Assembly (NCBI GenBank): GCA_965112735.1
Contig: OZ218953.1
Location: 1,674,001 to 1,738,000 of the forward strand
Reading direction: 5' to 3'
DNA length: 64,000 nt
Source: Phaeosaccion multiseriatum
Lineage: Eukaryota > Protista > Ochrophyta, other classes
Below are positions 63,415 through 64,000 of the stretch, piece by piece. The notes beneath the pieces were generated by a model, which was not told where the DNA came from, made no database searches, and worked only from the letters and a program-made list of their open reading frames with translations. The position numbers and the translations under genes were made by a program. Positions within the stretch are counted from its first letter, which is position 1; each line of letters begins with the position of its first letter.

Positions 63415-64000
63415 TATCAGCCGCGGAGATGTATCCGCGGCAGTGACTGTGGATGGGGAGGAGGTGGTGGTGGTGGTGGAGGAGGAGGGGGACAGTGACA
63501 AGGAGAATCTCGGACAAGAAGAAAGAACGACCAAGGAGGCTAAGAAAAGGCGCTCGAACTCGAACGGCTCTCGCCAAAGCTTTGGGACCACCACCAGCAG
63601 CAACAGCAGTACTAGCAGTACTAGTGGCAGCGGTGATAGCAATGACAGCAACAACGCTCCCGGACCTGCAGCAGGGGGCAAGGAGGCCAAAGCTCTGCCG
63701 CCCCAGCAGGGGGCAGGGAAGGGCGTGCCTAGCTTCAGCGGCAATCAGACCCTTCCCTCACCTTTCGTCGTTGGTCCTCCGCGCTCTTCGCTTGTCTCTG
63801 CCAGGCCGCAAGTAGTCCACCCTTCTCGCGACCGCCCGAGCCTCGGACACTTGGGTCATCGCCACCATCACCACCCCCAAGGACGAGTAGGAGTAGGAGG
63901 ATTAGCAGGAGGCAGTCCAGTCCGTCCCTCCTCCGCTGCGGTGGCTGCTGCTGCCGCGGCGGCTGCAGCCCTCGCGGCCAGCAAGACGGGATTGGGCATG
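60578..64000 (+). CDS. Class III nucleotide cyclase, soluble-adenylyl-cyclase (ADCY10)-like, 3'-truncated by window
   Basis: Exon 60578-61457, intron, then an apparently open frame from 61617 to the window end. It contains TLASFLPDFLL...CHGAIAMMDLCGFTRLAEDL (62450-62608), resembling the sAC C1 start (xAxxP ... GvllFxDISGFTxLxE). Confidence 0.65.

Noticed and set aside
1-64000. Many ORF-track entries rich in CV, HT, LS, RE or poly-L/S/P
   Set aside because: These are translations of intronic microsatellites or antisense frames of real exons, not genes. No tRNA or rRNA genes were recognised.

Overview
Compact, intron-rich eukaryotic nuclear DNA with GT-AG introns full of microsatellites (CA, GA, CCCT, CTGT, GAG, GCA). 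Bipartite plastid-targeting leaders (signal peptide + ASAF-type motif on FBPase, VIPP1, probably a methyltransferase) point to a photosynthetic stramenopile (ochrophyte). I hand-spliced about 17 protein-coding genes: two paralogous secreted, possibly GPI-anchored HExxH metalloproteases flanking a LOG-family gene, a class I methyltransferase-like protein, a GT8 glycogenin-like transferase, a TPR protein, ARP2, an HSF-domain factor, a coiled-coil protein, an intronless GGCT/GliK-like gene, UBC2/RAD6, VIPP1, a SEL1L/Hrd3-like protein, U1-70K, plastid FBPase, a very divergent SMC ATPase, and the 5' part of an sAC-like class III cyclase. Most genes sit in head-to-head pairs. Main findings: (1) a SEL1L/Hrd3 homologue with a lumenal VHL-beta-like domain built from small exons; (2) an SMC protein that does not look like SMC1-6; (3) a 16-bp motif, CAGTTGGTGATACAGC, dispersed through exons (several frames) and introns; (4) intronic tandem copies of the FBPase redox-Cys exon end plus its splice donor; (5) a nested inverted-repeat/MITE complex at 19.3-20.5 kb. 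Exon boundaries were read by eye and protein identities come from motif recognition, not database searches.
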